From Biomphalaria pfeifferi (taxonomy: Eukaryota): a stretch of 64,000 bases of DNA. Position numbers and translations under genes: made by a program. Positions within the stretch are counted from its first letter, which is position 1. The number at the start of each line of letters is the position of its first letter. A model generated the notes under the pieces. It was not told the origin of the DNA and did no database searches. It saw nothing but the letters and a program-made list of their open reading frames with translations. Where the stretch lies: contig JASAOG010000245.1 of the NCBI GenBank assembly GCA_030265305.1, forward strand, positions 105,822-169,821. The letters are read 5' to 3'. Of the stretch, positions 14,286 to 28,470 are shown in pieces.

Positions 14286-14435
14286 GTTGAAATACACTTT
14301 CAATGCTCTCTAGCACAGTTCCTAAAACTCTATGTGAATCAAGGAACCAATCAAAACCAATGGCTTGTGATTTCCTTTCATAAAATGCCTTCCAGTATGA
14401 GAATTTAGATAGTTTCTCATCACCATGAAAGGAAC
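14286..14435 (-). CDS. Class-I SAM-dependent methyltransferase (EEF1AKMT4 / METTL13-N-terminal-like), internal exon
   Basis: Minus-strand acceptor tttctttag and donor CAAC|GTAAGT. Encodes SFHGDEKLSKFSYWKAFYERKSQAIGFDWFLDSHRVLGTVLESIESVFQ, matching the Y.EYWD.RY...YDWF pattern N-terminal to motif I in this MTase family. There is no in-frame ATG, so at least one 5' exon lies upstream and was not found. Confidence 0.6.
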
Positions 14436-14929
14436 CTAAAGAAACAGACACATTTATGAAAACAAAATATTTTTACACAGTTTTTTACTATAGTAATAAC
14501 ACTTATTGTAACAATGTCAGTTAAGTTGAGGCTATTTTCTGTTCCATTTTTTGTAGCTCAGTTGTGGCCTAAATCTTTCAGTTTAAAATGTCTAAAATGG
14601 TTTTATTTTTGAAGTAATTAAATAAGTAATCTTCTTGACAGAAACTGAAAGCATCTTCAGTGGCGGCGGACGACCTAAATTTTAGGTGAGCCAAATATAT
14701 TTTTGTTTCTTCAAAAAAAAAAAAGGTCATTTCTCGACAGTGTGCAGATCAAAGCCTGTAAGTATAGTGAAGTTAGAAGGTCGAGATGACTCCATTGAGG
14801 AAACATTTTTTCTTGGTAGACAGTACTTCTCGAATTTATTAAGAATGCAGTGAAGTGTATGGAAGGACTTGCTAATCTCACATTCATTACATTCATTATC
14901 CGTCCATTGGAAAGTGTTATAGACTTGCA

Positions 14930-15465
14930 CTGCTTCTTGGCCGATCGAGGCAATAATGTCATAGACTGTACTTCTCTGCTTTTTGTATGGCAGAATGGGC
15001 CATACAAACAGTGAAACAGCTTCTAAATAAAGCTAGATCGTCTGGTCAAGACCCATATATGGCCCTCTTGCAATTTTGAAATGCTCCATGCCCTGATGGA
15101 CCTTCACCTGCACGGCTGCTCATGGGCCGCCGTCTGAGGACAAATCTTCTGACAACGGAGGCCTATCTCAGACTTCAAATCCCAGACAAAAAAGAAAATG
15201 CTTGGAAAACAAGAAAAAGTAATCAAGCAAAATATTACAACAAAACAGCGAGACGCACCGAGCGACCACACATTCAGCCTGGGAGCAAAGTGTGGATGCA
15301 AAAGAAGCCTAGCGATTTATGGGAACCAGCAGTGGTCATCTCAGAAGCGGAGACCCCGAGATCCTACTGGGTAAAAACACCGAATGAGATAACATACCGA
15401 AGAAATAGAAGGATGTTAAGAGACACATGTACAAAATCAAGGGTCATGCCTGATATTTTTTAAAT
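14930..15465 (+). mobile_element. LTR-retrotransposon integrase C-terminal fragment (pseudogenised)
   Basis: Translation ...AEWAIQTVKQLLNKARSSGQDPYMALLQF*NAPCPDGPSPARLLMGRRLRTNL...QPGSKVWMQKKPSDLWEPAVVISEAETPRSYWVKTPNEITYRRNRRMLRD. This is the classic gypsy/BEL integrase tail with an in-frame stop. Confidence 0.65.
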
Positions 15466-16035
15466 GGACACCCCAGAGACAGTCATTAATGGTCAAACCA
15501 CACAGCCAGAGAACGTGAGCAATCCAACTGGAACAGACTAACACTACCAATCCGCCGCCAGTAATAACTGGATATGGTAGGCAAGTTCGACTTAGAAGAG
15601 AAACTTCATTACCAAGCTACTAGTGCAGTGTACAATATTTTTGAAGATTGGTTCAAAGCCGCAGAGTGAGACACTGTTACCTACTTCATCTCAACATTTT
15701 TCAATACCTTCCTTGATAGGTTAATTAAGGATGCTCTTGAAGATTATGAAGCTACATTAAGCACTGGCAGAAGAGGAATTACTAGCTCGAGTTTTGAGTA
15801 TGACATATATAAGTTTGGCAGGAAAAGGAGAAGAGTTTTAAGATGAATTGTTGATGTGCACATACAAGACTTCCGCAGCAAATGACATGCAAATCGTCTA
15901 AAAAACACACACATTTTGAACCACAGGGAACAGCGGAACTTTATCAATGATAAAAACTGACAAGTGTCAGAAGTTTTAAATATCTCAGACGTATCATTTT
16001 AGATGAAGGAACCAGACCAAAAGTGCTGGCTAGAA

Positions 16036-16203
16036 GGATGGCTGCCTGGTCATGCAGTTTGCGCGCTGGACTGTGTCCTTCGGATTTATCAATGGTCTCG
16101 GGTTCAAACCCTGCCCACTCCCATCCCCCGTGGCCTTGAGGGAGGTTTGGACTAGGAAGTAAACTATCTTCAACTCTGAAGGAACATCCGAAACGTAAAA
16201 CAG
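16036..16203 (+). mobile_element. Repeat family A copy
   Basis: About 85% identity to 5925-6097. Confidence 0.75.
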
Positions 16204-19200
16204 AATTACTGTCTGCTTTAGCACTTAAGAAGATTAAAACAATTTGGAAAGACAAATGTTTTCAAAGGTGTAGCCCTCAACACAAAAATCAGACTACTCA
16301 GACTAATGTGCTTCTAAGGCTTCTCTGTTTGATTATTATGGGAACATTCTTGTATGCTTGCAAATCTAGGACTCTAACTGCAGAATGAGAGAGGAAGGCC
16401 ATATATTATATACTATTAAAAACTATACTCTATAGTAGACTATAGTCAATAGCTATAGGCTGTGGCATCTAGAATATAAATATTAGCATATCTATGAGGA
16501 TTCTTGGCATCACATAATAAGACGATATCAGAAATGTGGATATTGACATTGGAAACAGGATCTAGACTCTAGAGATCTAATAGGCCTGGTCTATATCTTA
16601 ATATAAATTATATAATTATAATAAATGTTCATTGTTTTAAACTCTAACTTCTTCTTCCAGTTTTTTGTTCTAGTTCACACTACTAGACCTAGTTTAACTA
16701 GTTACTGGAATCTAGATTCTAGTTATTAGGTATACAGACATAGATAGATACCGGTATCTAGATCTAGAGTAGTTTAAATTTAATTGGGACATTACATGAA
16801 TTTGAACACTCACTGTTTTTGTGGTCATTAAATCTTTATTTTGATATTTAATATGAAACTAGCACGCTGTATAATGTGCGTGTCCATTTTCCAATGATTC
16901 TGACCCAATTTCCTTTCATTTAGCTGTCTTTTTATGTAAGAAAAAAGAATTTCAAATGTCTAAGTCAGGTTGTTGTTTTTTCCTATGTTACCAGGATGAC
17001 TTTACCTCTTCCTAAGGTTAAGACTATAGATATTTTATGGGTTGGCTAAGTCTATGCTAATGAGCCAGGCAATATTTATTCTGTTTTTGGAGCTGATTTA
17101 TTTGATTCATAAGCCAAGTTGTTTGATTCCATACAAACAAAATTTAATACGGTGTTTGTATTAAATTACGATTTTCTTTCCAACATTTATTTCAAACAGC
17201 CAGTTTTGGACATCAGTGTTAATGATATTATATTATATTTGTTTGTTTGTTGTTGTTTTTTATAGAGAATAAATGGGTAAATGTTTGGAGTGAGCTTGAT
17301 ACATTGAATGAAGTTAAATGCCTAAATCTAGACCTACTAGATAGATCTAGATTTATATAGAGAGAATATAGAGGATTCAGTCTATTTAGGCAAGAATGGT
17401 CATCCTAGCCTGTACTATACTAAAAAAGACCATCTGTATTAAAAATTTATTGAATAATATAAACAAAAAACACAAACATTCAACACACACCTAAAAATGC
17501 AAACATAAAATAGGTCTAAAAGTCAGTGTAGAAGTCATTATCCCAGTGACCTAATTTTGGTAAAATAAGTCATAAGTGTGTTCATATTTTTATTTTTTGT
17601 GTTCGTATTTATGCATGATTTGAAAACATCTTAATGATTTCATGTGAGGGGCTATGCCTGGGGATCTTAAAATTTAGTTAATTAGATCTAATATTAATAT
17701 AGAATTAAAATCTTAGTTTATTGATGCCAAAATATAGAGACTGTCCAAAATAAATTCTAGTTATAGTGTCCGGAATCAAATATTGTGTGTCAAATTTGTC
17801 TGAAATAGATCTAGTCTGAATTAAATGAAAACACATGACCTCTTTGACCGTAATTGCGTAAATATAATACCGTAAAAAATATAATATAGGTTAGGGCTTA
17901 GGCCCACTTAGTAGGGATACAAATAATATAAGTAATCATCCTTATTCATTGACCTTAAACTAAAGAATATTTTGATACTTCATTTTGAATGATTTTCTTT
18001 TCAATTATTTCAAACCATATCATTGGCCTTGGGCATGATTGGGGCATTTGTTGGGGATGATAATCATTGACTATGCCGTAATTTATGGCGTTAAATAAAG
18101 TCAAACTTTGAAATTTTGGCCTAAAGTAGGCTAAAGGTGTCCGAGTAGCATAAACTACTCTAGTTGTTCAACTTGCTGTGATTATTTTTTTTTGAGTTTT
18201 TTTATTTGGTCTGATTACTTGCGTGTCTAAAAAGCATTCTCAAACAATGTTTGTTCGTTTTCACCATTTTAGAGTTTGAGTAGTGTCCCCTTCTATTAGA
18301 TCTAGAAAGATATATATAGATCTTGTCTAGAGCACATCACAAACCTAGATAAATGCCTCGATCTCTAGGCAAGATATACTACTCTCATCTGAAGAAGTCT
18401 GAATGTTTCGCTTCTCACCTAAGAATAATATGAGATTCAAATATCTAGACGTACTCCCAAGATCTAGTATTAAGTAATAAAGGTCTTTTTACAACGATAT
18501 ATTTTAAAAACACTATTTACATTTATTAATTGTATTTATAATTATTTTTGTTAATTTTCTGCGAATCATTAAATTTTGACGCTCACATTCATGATTCATC
18601 ATCACAGTCATCATGTTGATCATGCTTATCATGCTATTCATGTCATGATTGCCTTAATTAAACTTGCCTTAAGTTTTAAGTCTAAGAGTTAGTTACTAAG
18701 ACTCTTAACTTTAAGTCCTTAACTGAGGCATAAATACATTTATAAATATTTTAAATAATTATTAAAAAATAAAATGAAAAATGATTTTGAGATTGTGAAG
18801 ATAATCTAGATTGGATAAAATCATAACTCATTAGGGATGATTAGCTATAGATTCTAAGTAATAATAAATAAAATGGATCAAAATGAAGTAACAAGTCTGA
18901 AATCAATCCAATCTGAATGACATAAATGTCAACACTATCACTGCCACTGGCTCAACTGTTGGTACCAAGTTGACAGTATAATTTAAAATAATAAATTATT
19001 TGCAAGTTTTCAAAAATTTTAATAGCTTTGAAACTGATTCTGAGCTAAATTTAATTGAAGAAAAAAGTATATATATTTTCATTAAATGTGGAAAATTGTC
19101 TGCTTTGCACTTTGGTATCATCCTAGATGGATGTCTTCCTCTGCACCCCCTAGCTGGTCCTAGTGAATGCAGTACATATGATTTGATTCAGCTATCCCAT

Positions 19201-19633
19201 ATGGACATGGAATGGCTTCAGTTGTTTTGCTAATTTTTTATTCCAGCAGACTACTAGGACTGTACGAGATTAATATTTTTAAAATAAAGCCAGTTGAAAA
19301 ATTTTGAATTCAAATATATTTATAGGCTAATTACTAATCCCTCAGAGTTCAGTATGAGTATTAATGTAAACATATATAATTCTAATGCCAAAACATCTAT
19401 GACTTTGTAATTAAACATACAATCTTCTATAGATTGTTTATTTACAAAGCTTTTAAATGAGAGAATTATATATATATGGTTAAACAGTCTTATAAAAGTC
19501 TTAATATTCTGTTAATAAATTCATTTTGTTTTCTTTCTAGGTGATTCATCAAAAGAGGTTCTACCACTTCCTTGTCAACTATCTTTTTGATAGTTGAAAT
19601 TTTTTATAACTCTTCTTGTATATAACAGACAAA

Positions 19634-20740
19634 ATGTCATCCCCTTCCAATTGGTTTACATCAGAAATTCAACAAATGATGTATGGCCTTGGAGATGCTA
19701 AGAAACCGCTTTTAGAGACGGCTGTTCTTGTGGAAGAAATAGTGCACCAACAAATGATGGCCACGATTTATCAAGCCAGTGAAATCTCAATTAGTCGAGG
19801 AGAAAAACAAATTTCTATTGAAGACATTCTCTTTCTCTTAAGGAAAGATAAAGCGAAATTAAAACGGATTTTAAAATATTATGAAGTGCGTGACATGAAA
19901 AATATCATCAAAAACACGATATCTGCTGCCGATGAGAGTAAAGTCGATCCAAGCACTATTCAGTTCCAAGAGAAAGTTTTGTTTGATAAGAAAATGTTGA
20001 GTAAAAACAGACAAATATGTTATGACTTTTTGAGTGCTATCGATCAAACAGGAGAGCTGATTGACCTATTTACTAACAATGAAATAGATCATGTCAAACA
20101 TGAGCGAATGCTGCGAGCTGAACTGCAAGCTCAAGGGATGGACACACAACAATACTTAGAGTTCTGTCAGGCTCGTCAAATCAACTTCTCCCGGAATCAA
20201 AATAAGTCTCCACGTTTCCGTGAGTGGCTGCAGGTGAACCTAAGTCCTGACATTGTCATCAGTCCCAATGTGCTAGAAATATTCAGCTATCTGGCATACG
20301 AGACTGTTGCACAGATAGTAGACTTGGCTCTTATTGTGAAACAGGACATGAGATCAGAACCTGGGGACTCTATAGCCAAAACTAGGCCTCCTTTGTGTAT
20401 AAATTATGGAGAAATATATGCCAACAGCATTTACAACAAACCAGATTCTGCTACTGGTGAACTAAACTCTGTCAATGATGTGAATAACTTAGCCCAAATC
20501 AAATCAGCCACAATTGGAAATCCTCAACTTGCTGCTGCTGCTGCACAGAGTAAGCTGAATAAAAAGAAAAGAAAGAAGTCAGATCCACCCACAAGTGTAG
20601 AATTGTCATGGGACAGTACCATATCACCAGCAAATGTGAGAGAAGTGATGCGGCGATACTACACAGACATAACTCCATTCACGTCGCAGACGAAGATAAA
20701 CTCCTTTTGCACCCCCTGGAGCAAAACACTTTGTGGATAA
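19634..20740 (+). CDS. SUPT3H: SUPT3H / SPT3 homologue (SAGA/STAGA subunit), complete intronless CDS of 368 codons
   Basis: ATG at 19634 (the track ORF starts earlier at a TTG). The protein contains ...EIQQMMYGLGDAKKPLLETAVLVEEIVHQQ...EDILFLLRKDKAKLKRILKY...QTGELIDLFTNNEIDHVKHERMLRAE...YLAYETVAQIVDLALIVKQDM, collinear with human SUPT3H. A possible acceptor ttttctttctag at 19527-19538 suggests a 5'-UTR intron. Confidence 0.85.
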   Translation: MSSPSNWFTSEIQQMMYGLGDAKKPLLETAVLVEEIVHQQMMATIYQASEISISRGEKQISIEDILFLLRKDKAKLKRILKYYEVRDMKNIIKNTISAADESKVDPSTIQFQEKVLFDKKMLSKNRQICYDFLSAIDQTGELIDLFTNNEIDHVKHERMLRAELQAQGMDTQQYLEFCQARQINFSRNQNKSPRFREWLQVNLSPDIVISPNVLEIFSYLAYETVAQIVDLALIVKQDMRSEPGDSIAKTRPPLCINYGEIYANSIYNKPDSATGELNSVNDVNNLAQIKSATIGNPQLAAAAAQSKLNKKKRKKSDPPTSVELSWDSTISPANVREVMRRYYTDITPFTSQTKINSFCTPWSKTLCG

Positions 20741-20974
20741 TAAGTATCTCATCCCAGGATGCCATGCAATCTTCTGAAAAACTCTCTTGATGTTTTTATT
20801 TATTTATTTAAAGTCGCTCTGATGTCCACTGTACACTGGCGTAGAAAAAAGATCAGGGTCTAGGTATATAAGATGCTCAAACTAAATATCTATCTTGCCA
20901 TGCTCAATTATTTATATCGTTAAAAAAATATTATGTTTTGTATTTTTATATCTTTCATTTTTACCTCCATCAAG

Positions 20975-21146
20975 GAGATGGGGTTACAGTGAAGTCGCAA
21001 CCTGACTGTTCATTGGTATGCCAGCTCTGGACTGAGTCCAAACCCTGCCTGCCACTACCCCTTCCTTCCCCTTGCGGGAGCTTTTGGCTAGGATGCAATA
21101 ATCTTCAGTTCTGAAGGAGCATCCAAAATAAGTAAAACAAAACAAA
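20975..21146 (+). mobile_element. Repeat family A copy (3' flank of SUPT3H)
   Basis: Matches the family A consensus. Confidence 0.7.
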
Positions 21147-22020
21147 TGAGTGTATTGGAGACACACTGGTGAACTCCATTGTATTGTAGAACAAACTTAA
21201 ATTTTCCCGCTGTCTGTCTGGTGAGAATAGTAAGGATACAATTTATTTATTTTTTTTACAATCATGGAAAACAAAATGTTGACTGTTATTTTCTAATTTT
21301 TAATGTTTTTAGTTTTAGAATTTCCACGTTTGTTTATTAAACTTGTGTTCATTTATTGACATAAAAGTAGTATGTTTAGTTAATAGTAATACTTTTTACT
21401 GCACAATGTAATAGAATGTTGGAAGCTTATTGGTGAAATAATTGTAAAATCTGAAAGTATTAAATCAGTGCTGTTAGTGACTGCAATATTTGCCTAGAGC
21501 TACCTCATGTACCACCAAGTTTCAAATGGAATCATAAGCTAGATGTTACTTTAAGACTCTACCATCTGGGTCCTTAAAACTATTTACGGAAAGTAATTGC
21601 CAGAGGTTTATTAATTTGTCCTTAATAAAGTGGCTGCGTGATTTGAATGATATATAGTTCATGCGCCCACTTACTTCCTAGCAATGTTAAGTATCGTACT
21701 TAAAAAATATAAATATAAGAAGTAAAAATGAAGAAAACTGTGTTTTTTTATAATTATAAATATGTTATTCTAAGTTTAGAATGTTTTTAAAAAAAGGTTA
21801 TAAATTTGATTTCTTTCACTTTATCAATTATGTTTTGTTGTGGTCATAATTTTGTTTATGTATTCCAATTATAATAGACATTACTTTGAATTTCTGTGTT
21901 TTAGATTTAATAAGTTTTTGTTTCCTCTGATGCATTTAGATGTTAGCCTTTATTTTTTATTGCCTTGCAGATAAACTATGTGTATCACTTGCCTGTAGAT
22001 GTACATGTTTGAGTGTATTC

Positions 22021-22160
22021 CTGGGCTAGCCAGGAAAACCAGTGACTTGGCAGAATTTAAGTCATTGGTTATTATGCATGACTAAATACATGACGCGTAG
22101 GACGTAATCATCTTTTTTTGAAGAAAGGTCTGTATTATATAGGATAAGAAGATAAGACTA
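22021..22160 (+). mobile_element. LINE family 1, short 3'-end fragment
   Basis: Shares ...ccaggaaaaccagtgacttggcagaatttaagtcattggtta.tatgcatgactaaat.catgacgcgtaggacgtaatcatc...tctgtattatata.gataag with other copies. Confidence 0.7.
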
Positions 22161-23194
22161 TACACGCCCTTGAAAGATACAGTTACATTTAGAATTGTAC
22201 TAAACATTTTAGTTATAGACAGTTCTCAGAAGTTGTTAGTACTATTTTTGACTATCTTGAGGTTTATAAGCTCATTAGTTTATCTGTTTTTTGTTGCTTA
22301 TCACATTTAGTTGTTATGTAGCCAATACAATGACCAGCCACTCAATAAAAATCAGTGGTATTTCAGGTCTTAAGACACGATCTCTTCCCTTTTGTTACTT
22401 GTCTGTTTTAAAAGGCAAATGTCTTATTACACATCCCTAGGTTTACAATAATCACCAGGTTTCAGTCATTTTCTTACTTGTGGTGTATCTGAGTTCCTTG
22501 ACCCTTCCTTTATGCTTAACTTCCATGTGGATCTATCCTTCTTTTCCCTAACTGTTGGTGTTCATCTAGAATAGGGGAGAGACAAAAATAAAACAAACCC
22601 AACTTACTTTTTAACAATATTAATTAAATCCCAAGTCTAGTAATTCCGAGTAGAGGATTTTTATTTTCCACCAAGCAAGAGATTCTGTTCTATTCTCGCC
22701 AATTTCTGTTTGACACTGAAATTGATTAGATCAGGGCGTTACACTGTCCTATATACATTTGGTTGCAACCTTTAAAGACTTGGCCAGAAAAACAACTTGG
22801 AACTAGATATGCAACCTAAATTAAAACCTTCCAAGGAAGATATATTTTATTTTTTATAAAAAAAATATTCTTTGAAACAGGTAATAATTTTTATCATCAT
22901 GTTTCCTTAGATGGATTAGAGGAAAATGGTATGGGAAAAACTTAATCATAACTATGCATTGATAATATATTACATGCAATTTTTTATTTTACTTGATTCT
23001 ACAATTATAAGAATGAAACCTTTTTCCTGCAATTTTACAAAAGTGCTTTTTGTTTTTTACTTTGGCCCAAGCGCAATGAACCCCTTCACACCATTGTTGC
23101 TTTGCACACTGGCTGTGGGCCCGGGTTCATTGAACCCCTTCACGCCATGGATGCCATGCCACGGCATTTATCACAAATTTAAACAAAGCATTAG

Positions 23195-23530
23195 GCTTTA
23201 TTAAAAGAAATTTCTGCAAGTCATTGGTTTTCCTGGCTGATTCAGGCAACCCATTCCATGCTCTAATTGCACTAAGGAGCTATCTGATAAGATATGTGCT
23301 TTCATCGTTGTGAATATATTATTAGAATATGTTTTTGCATTTGTAAGTTATGGTTAATTGTTTTATTTATTATAGCTACTTTACTTTTTAAGCTTCTGTC
23401 CTGAAGTGTCTCTAAATTTACTAATGGTGCTACACTAGTCAGAAGTGAATTTTCATTTGTTATAAATCTCACAGCTCAATTTTTGCATCTGTTGCATCAG
23501 TTATATTTGACCTAACTAATATAACTTATT
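23195..23530 (-). mobile_element. LINE family 1, diverged internal/3' fragment
   Basis: The segment ...ggttttcctggctgattcaggcaacccattccatgctctaattgcactaaggag... aligns with 34040-34330 at roughly 80% identity. Confidence 0.55.
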
Positions 23531-24146
23531 GTATGAAATATTTATAATAAAAAAATACATTAAAAAAAAAGAAAAACTTGAGAATTTAATTGTATAATTT
23601 AAATTGAAAAAAAAATAATTAATGCTCTTACATATCAACTTTAGCAACTTTTAAAAAACTGAAGTTTATTTCTCCATATAAATTTGTTTAATTGTAAACA
23701 TTTATATTTTAACACATTTCTTCAGATCATAGTCATAAATGTATATGCATAACATTTTATTATGTCATTTAGGAAACCAGCTAACAATTAGCATTTAATG
23801 AAAGTGTCAAAAATTTTTATATTACAAATAAAATAAAAGTGAAATTTTTATAAAAACATATTAAAAATCAATTTAGCAGGACTTAAAAAATATCACTTTT
23901 GAAGACTAGGTACATGTATCAAGTGAGCCAAGGTGGCAATACAATCAGTGCACCATATGCCAGTTGCGCTTTTCGGAAGGCCAAATTGTTATAACAGCTG
24001 TCAAAAATTTCACTCTCGATAGGCATGTGACTTGACCAGCGACCATATATAATGAAATTGTTTTGGCATTTTTGTAGACACACGAATGCAGTGTCATTAA
24101 ACAATAACATAAAAATTTGTATCAACAGGATATTAGGTTCGGCTGT

Positions 24147-25875
<1,729 letters not shown>

Positions 25876-25992
25876 AAGAGGAAACTATAGTTATTTTTAT
25901 ATATCCATACAAAAAAAGTCATTTTTAGATAGAAGAACTAGTTTTTTATTGATTCTCATACAAAAAAAAAACGTGTTATTTTTTTTAGAAAT

Positions 25993-26090
25993 TCTTATCT
26001 TATCTTCAATAATACAGACGTTACTTCAAAAAACGAAGATGATTACGTCCAAAGCGTCATGCATTTAGTCATGCATATTAACCAATATGT
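25993..26090 (-). mobile_element. LINE family 1, 3'-end fragment
   Basis: Reverse complement of the shared 3' tail (ttatcttatcttcaataatacagacgttacttcaaaaaacgaagatgattacgtcc...). Confidence 0.7.
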
Positions 26091-26244
26091 CGCTCATTCA
26101 TTAGAATAAATAAGAACTTTCTTATATTTATTAGAAAAAAACACGAACATTTGGATAGAATCGTGACAATTTGGATGTTATAATAGTTTTCTAGAATTCT
26201 GTTTGAAAGGTGTAATGCTAGAAGTTTTATCAATGGCAACTATT

Positions 26245-26270
26245 GTCTCTCTCTCTCTCTCTCTCTCTCC
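26245..26270. repeat. (TC)13 microsatellite
   Basis: Read directly. Confidence 0.9.
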
Positions 26271-26574
26271 ATTTGTTTGTTTTTTTTTTCTCCCCTGTCA
26301 AAATACGTACAGGAGTGACATTGCCAGATGTTGAGAAAAATTTTCTAGCCATAATTTGATCAATGTTCAGAAGGAAACCTAAATTTCTTATGAAGTAACT
26401 TAATAAGCTTCAGATTTCAGGTCCCTCGTGTTCCATGTTATGACCAAGTTCTATGTCCACCATGTTTTATAAAATTGTTTTTAATGAAAGCTTCATGTCT
26501 TTATTGCTTTACTGCCATTTTTGTTTGTTAATGTAAAAAAATCATAAATTTTTTTTTTTTTAAATTGGCTTTTA

Positions 26575-26765
26575 TATAGCGATACTTTCATGCTTATAGC
26601 AAGCTCAGAGCGCTATGGTCCAATCTCATTTGTAGGGGGTAGGGTGTATCTGGGAGAAGGTTTTCCGTGCTGCCTTTAGGCGCTCAGTAAACACAACTCT
26701 GCTGAGTCGGGTGTCGCACTTGGCCTCTCGACCACGCTTCCCACCGAGATTCGTTAAGGGAAACA
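26575..26765 (-). mobile_element. Repeat family C copy
   Basis: Matches the family C consensus in reverse. Confidence 0.7.
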
Positions 26766-27220
26766 ATGTTTATAATAGTCGTTTTTCAACAGTGTTCACT
26801 GAGGAATTCTCAAAAAGTATTTTTAAAAAGTCTACAACAGTATCAAGCCTAATAAGAAGCCCAAATGCATGTCGTTTTAAAAAAAATATTGTCAACAGCT
26901 GATTCAACTTTAGAGAATAATGTACAAAGTAAAGTTTCTTTTTTTTTTTTTTTTTTTTCAAATAAAAGTTCAGAAGAAAGGCTTTCAAGAAGCTGACACC
27001 ACAGACATGTATGACTCATGGGACGGAAACTTTAGGCCTAGCACTATGGAAGATCTATAATATCTATTGAATCTTTTGATTTCTGACACGTGGCTGATTC
27101 ACCCGATCATAATGTTTGACACAGGAAACTACCACTAGTTCGGTAGTTTGGGGTTCGCAAGATGATTTGTAACCAACAGGCCTAGTTGTGCCTTAGAACG
27201 TGGTCTTTTAAAAGTTTACC

Positions 27221-27450
27221 GTCTCTATCTCTTTTTTTTTGTCTCTCTATTTCTAGCTCTCCTCTCCCTCGTTGTCCTTCTTTCTCTCTCTTCTGTCTCT
27301 TTTTCTGTCTTTTCTCCACTTTCTTTTCTTTCTTTATCTGTCATCTCTCTCCTTTCTCTGTCTCTCTTATCTCGCTCTCTTCTCTCTGTTTCTCCTCTCT
27401 CTATTTCTTTCCCCTCTCTCTCTGTCTCTCTCTCTCTCTCTCTGTCACTT
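27221..27450. repeat. CT-rich low-complexity tract (TCTC/TTTC)n
   Basis: Read directly. The track ORFs 27186-27455 and 27225-27509 are artefacts of this tract. Confidence 0.9.
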
Positions 27451-28239
27451 ATTAAAAAAATAATATTAACATAGATATAACATCTCTTTAAAACCCTAGA
27501 AATTGACAACCCAGTAGTTCAAAAGTAGGCCTATACACACACTGTGAAACACAACAATACAATAGAGTTGCAAATAAAATATTTATATTGAAAAGTTATT
27601 TATAGAAAAAAAAGTGTCCCCTAACCCTTCCCTGTACACCTCAACGAGTATAAGTTACCGATAGTTGGATAATGTAAGATATATACCTCCACATGACTAC
27701 CATTTTTTTTACGTTCTTTTTTAGTATATTGCACAGTATATAACATTCTTAGGAGGGTTTACTAGATAGTTGAAAAAGTCTCCAAGAATTATTTGACCAT
27801 GTGTGGAGTGACCCGACGTGGGGAACAGGAAAGTGGCATCATGAACAACCAGCCCCCCTCCCCCCTGTCCCAACCACGTCACATCTCCGCACGTGTTACT
27901 AACATCGGCCTGGTATTTACATTCAACACCTGCATCCCTCCCCACCAAACAGACACCTCTTTTTTTTTTTGTTCTGTGTGAACAGGGGGGAGGGGTCAAG
28001 ATACACAGACCAGGGGGCCAAGGCTGCCGGGCCAACAGCGACTCAAAACAAACCTACCATCCACTTTACTGAACAGAGGTGTGTGCGACTCATGGACCAA
28101 CTATGAATAATAATCTATTTACTATACACGCATTACCAGGACACACAATGACAAGGCTGGGAATACAAAGGCGGAAATTTCGCACCCAACTTTTGTGAAT
28201 ACGATCTAAATACGACCATATTTGAGGCATATGGGCAGT

Positions 28240-28470
28240 GGCGTAGCTAGGAATTCGCCATCATTTTGGGGCCGGGGGGGGGGGGGCTTGACCCCTTTAG
28301 GGGCCCCAGTATTTTGACATTCGACATCATGACATGAGATAATGGCGTAATGTTTAATGTCAAAAAAAAATTCGAACACTCATTTGGGGGATCCCTTCAA
28401 GCGGGGGCCCGGGGGGGGGGGAGGTTTCAAATTCTCCCCCATCCCCCACAATAGCTACGCCACTGCATTT
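28240..28470. mobile_element. MITE-like element (about 220 bp) with 15-bp terminal inverted repeats cagtggcgtagctag / ctagctacgccactg
   Basis: Terminal inverted repeats read directly from the sequence. Internal G-runs sit around the conserved core ...ttgacattcgacatcatgacatgagataatggcgtaat.tttaatgt.aaaa.... Three copies in the window. Confidence 0.7.

Noticed and set aside
15122-15463. 113-aa ORF that might be taken as a host gene
   Set aside because: It is the tail of a retrotransposon integrase (RLLMGRRLRT..., GSKVW...W.P). The upstream integrase sequence has in-frame stops.
27186-27509. Overlapping ORFs on both strands (89-94 aa) rich in S/L/F or E/R
   Set aside because: Translation of a CT-rich microsatellite; low-complexity, not coding.
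27721-28035. 104-aa minus-strand ORF in the GC-rich segment
   Set aside because: No recognisable similarity. It is Gly/Pro-rich from G/C homopolymer runs, and it contains inverted repeats (cccctcccccctgtcc / gaacaggggggagggg) suggestive of a repeat element instead of a gene.
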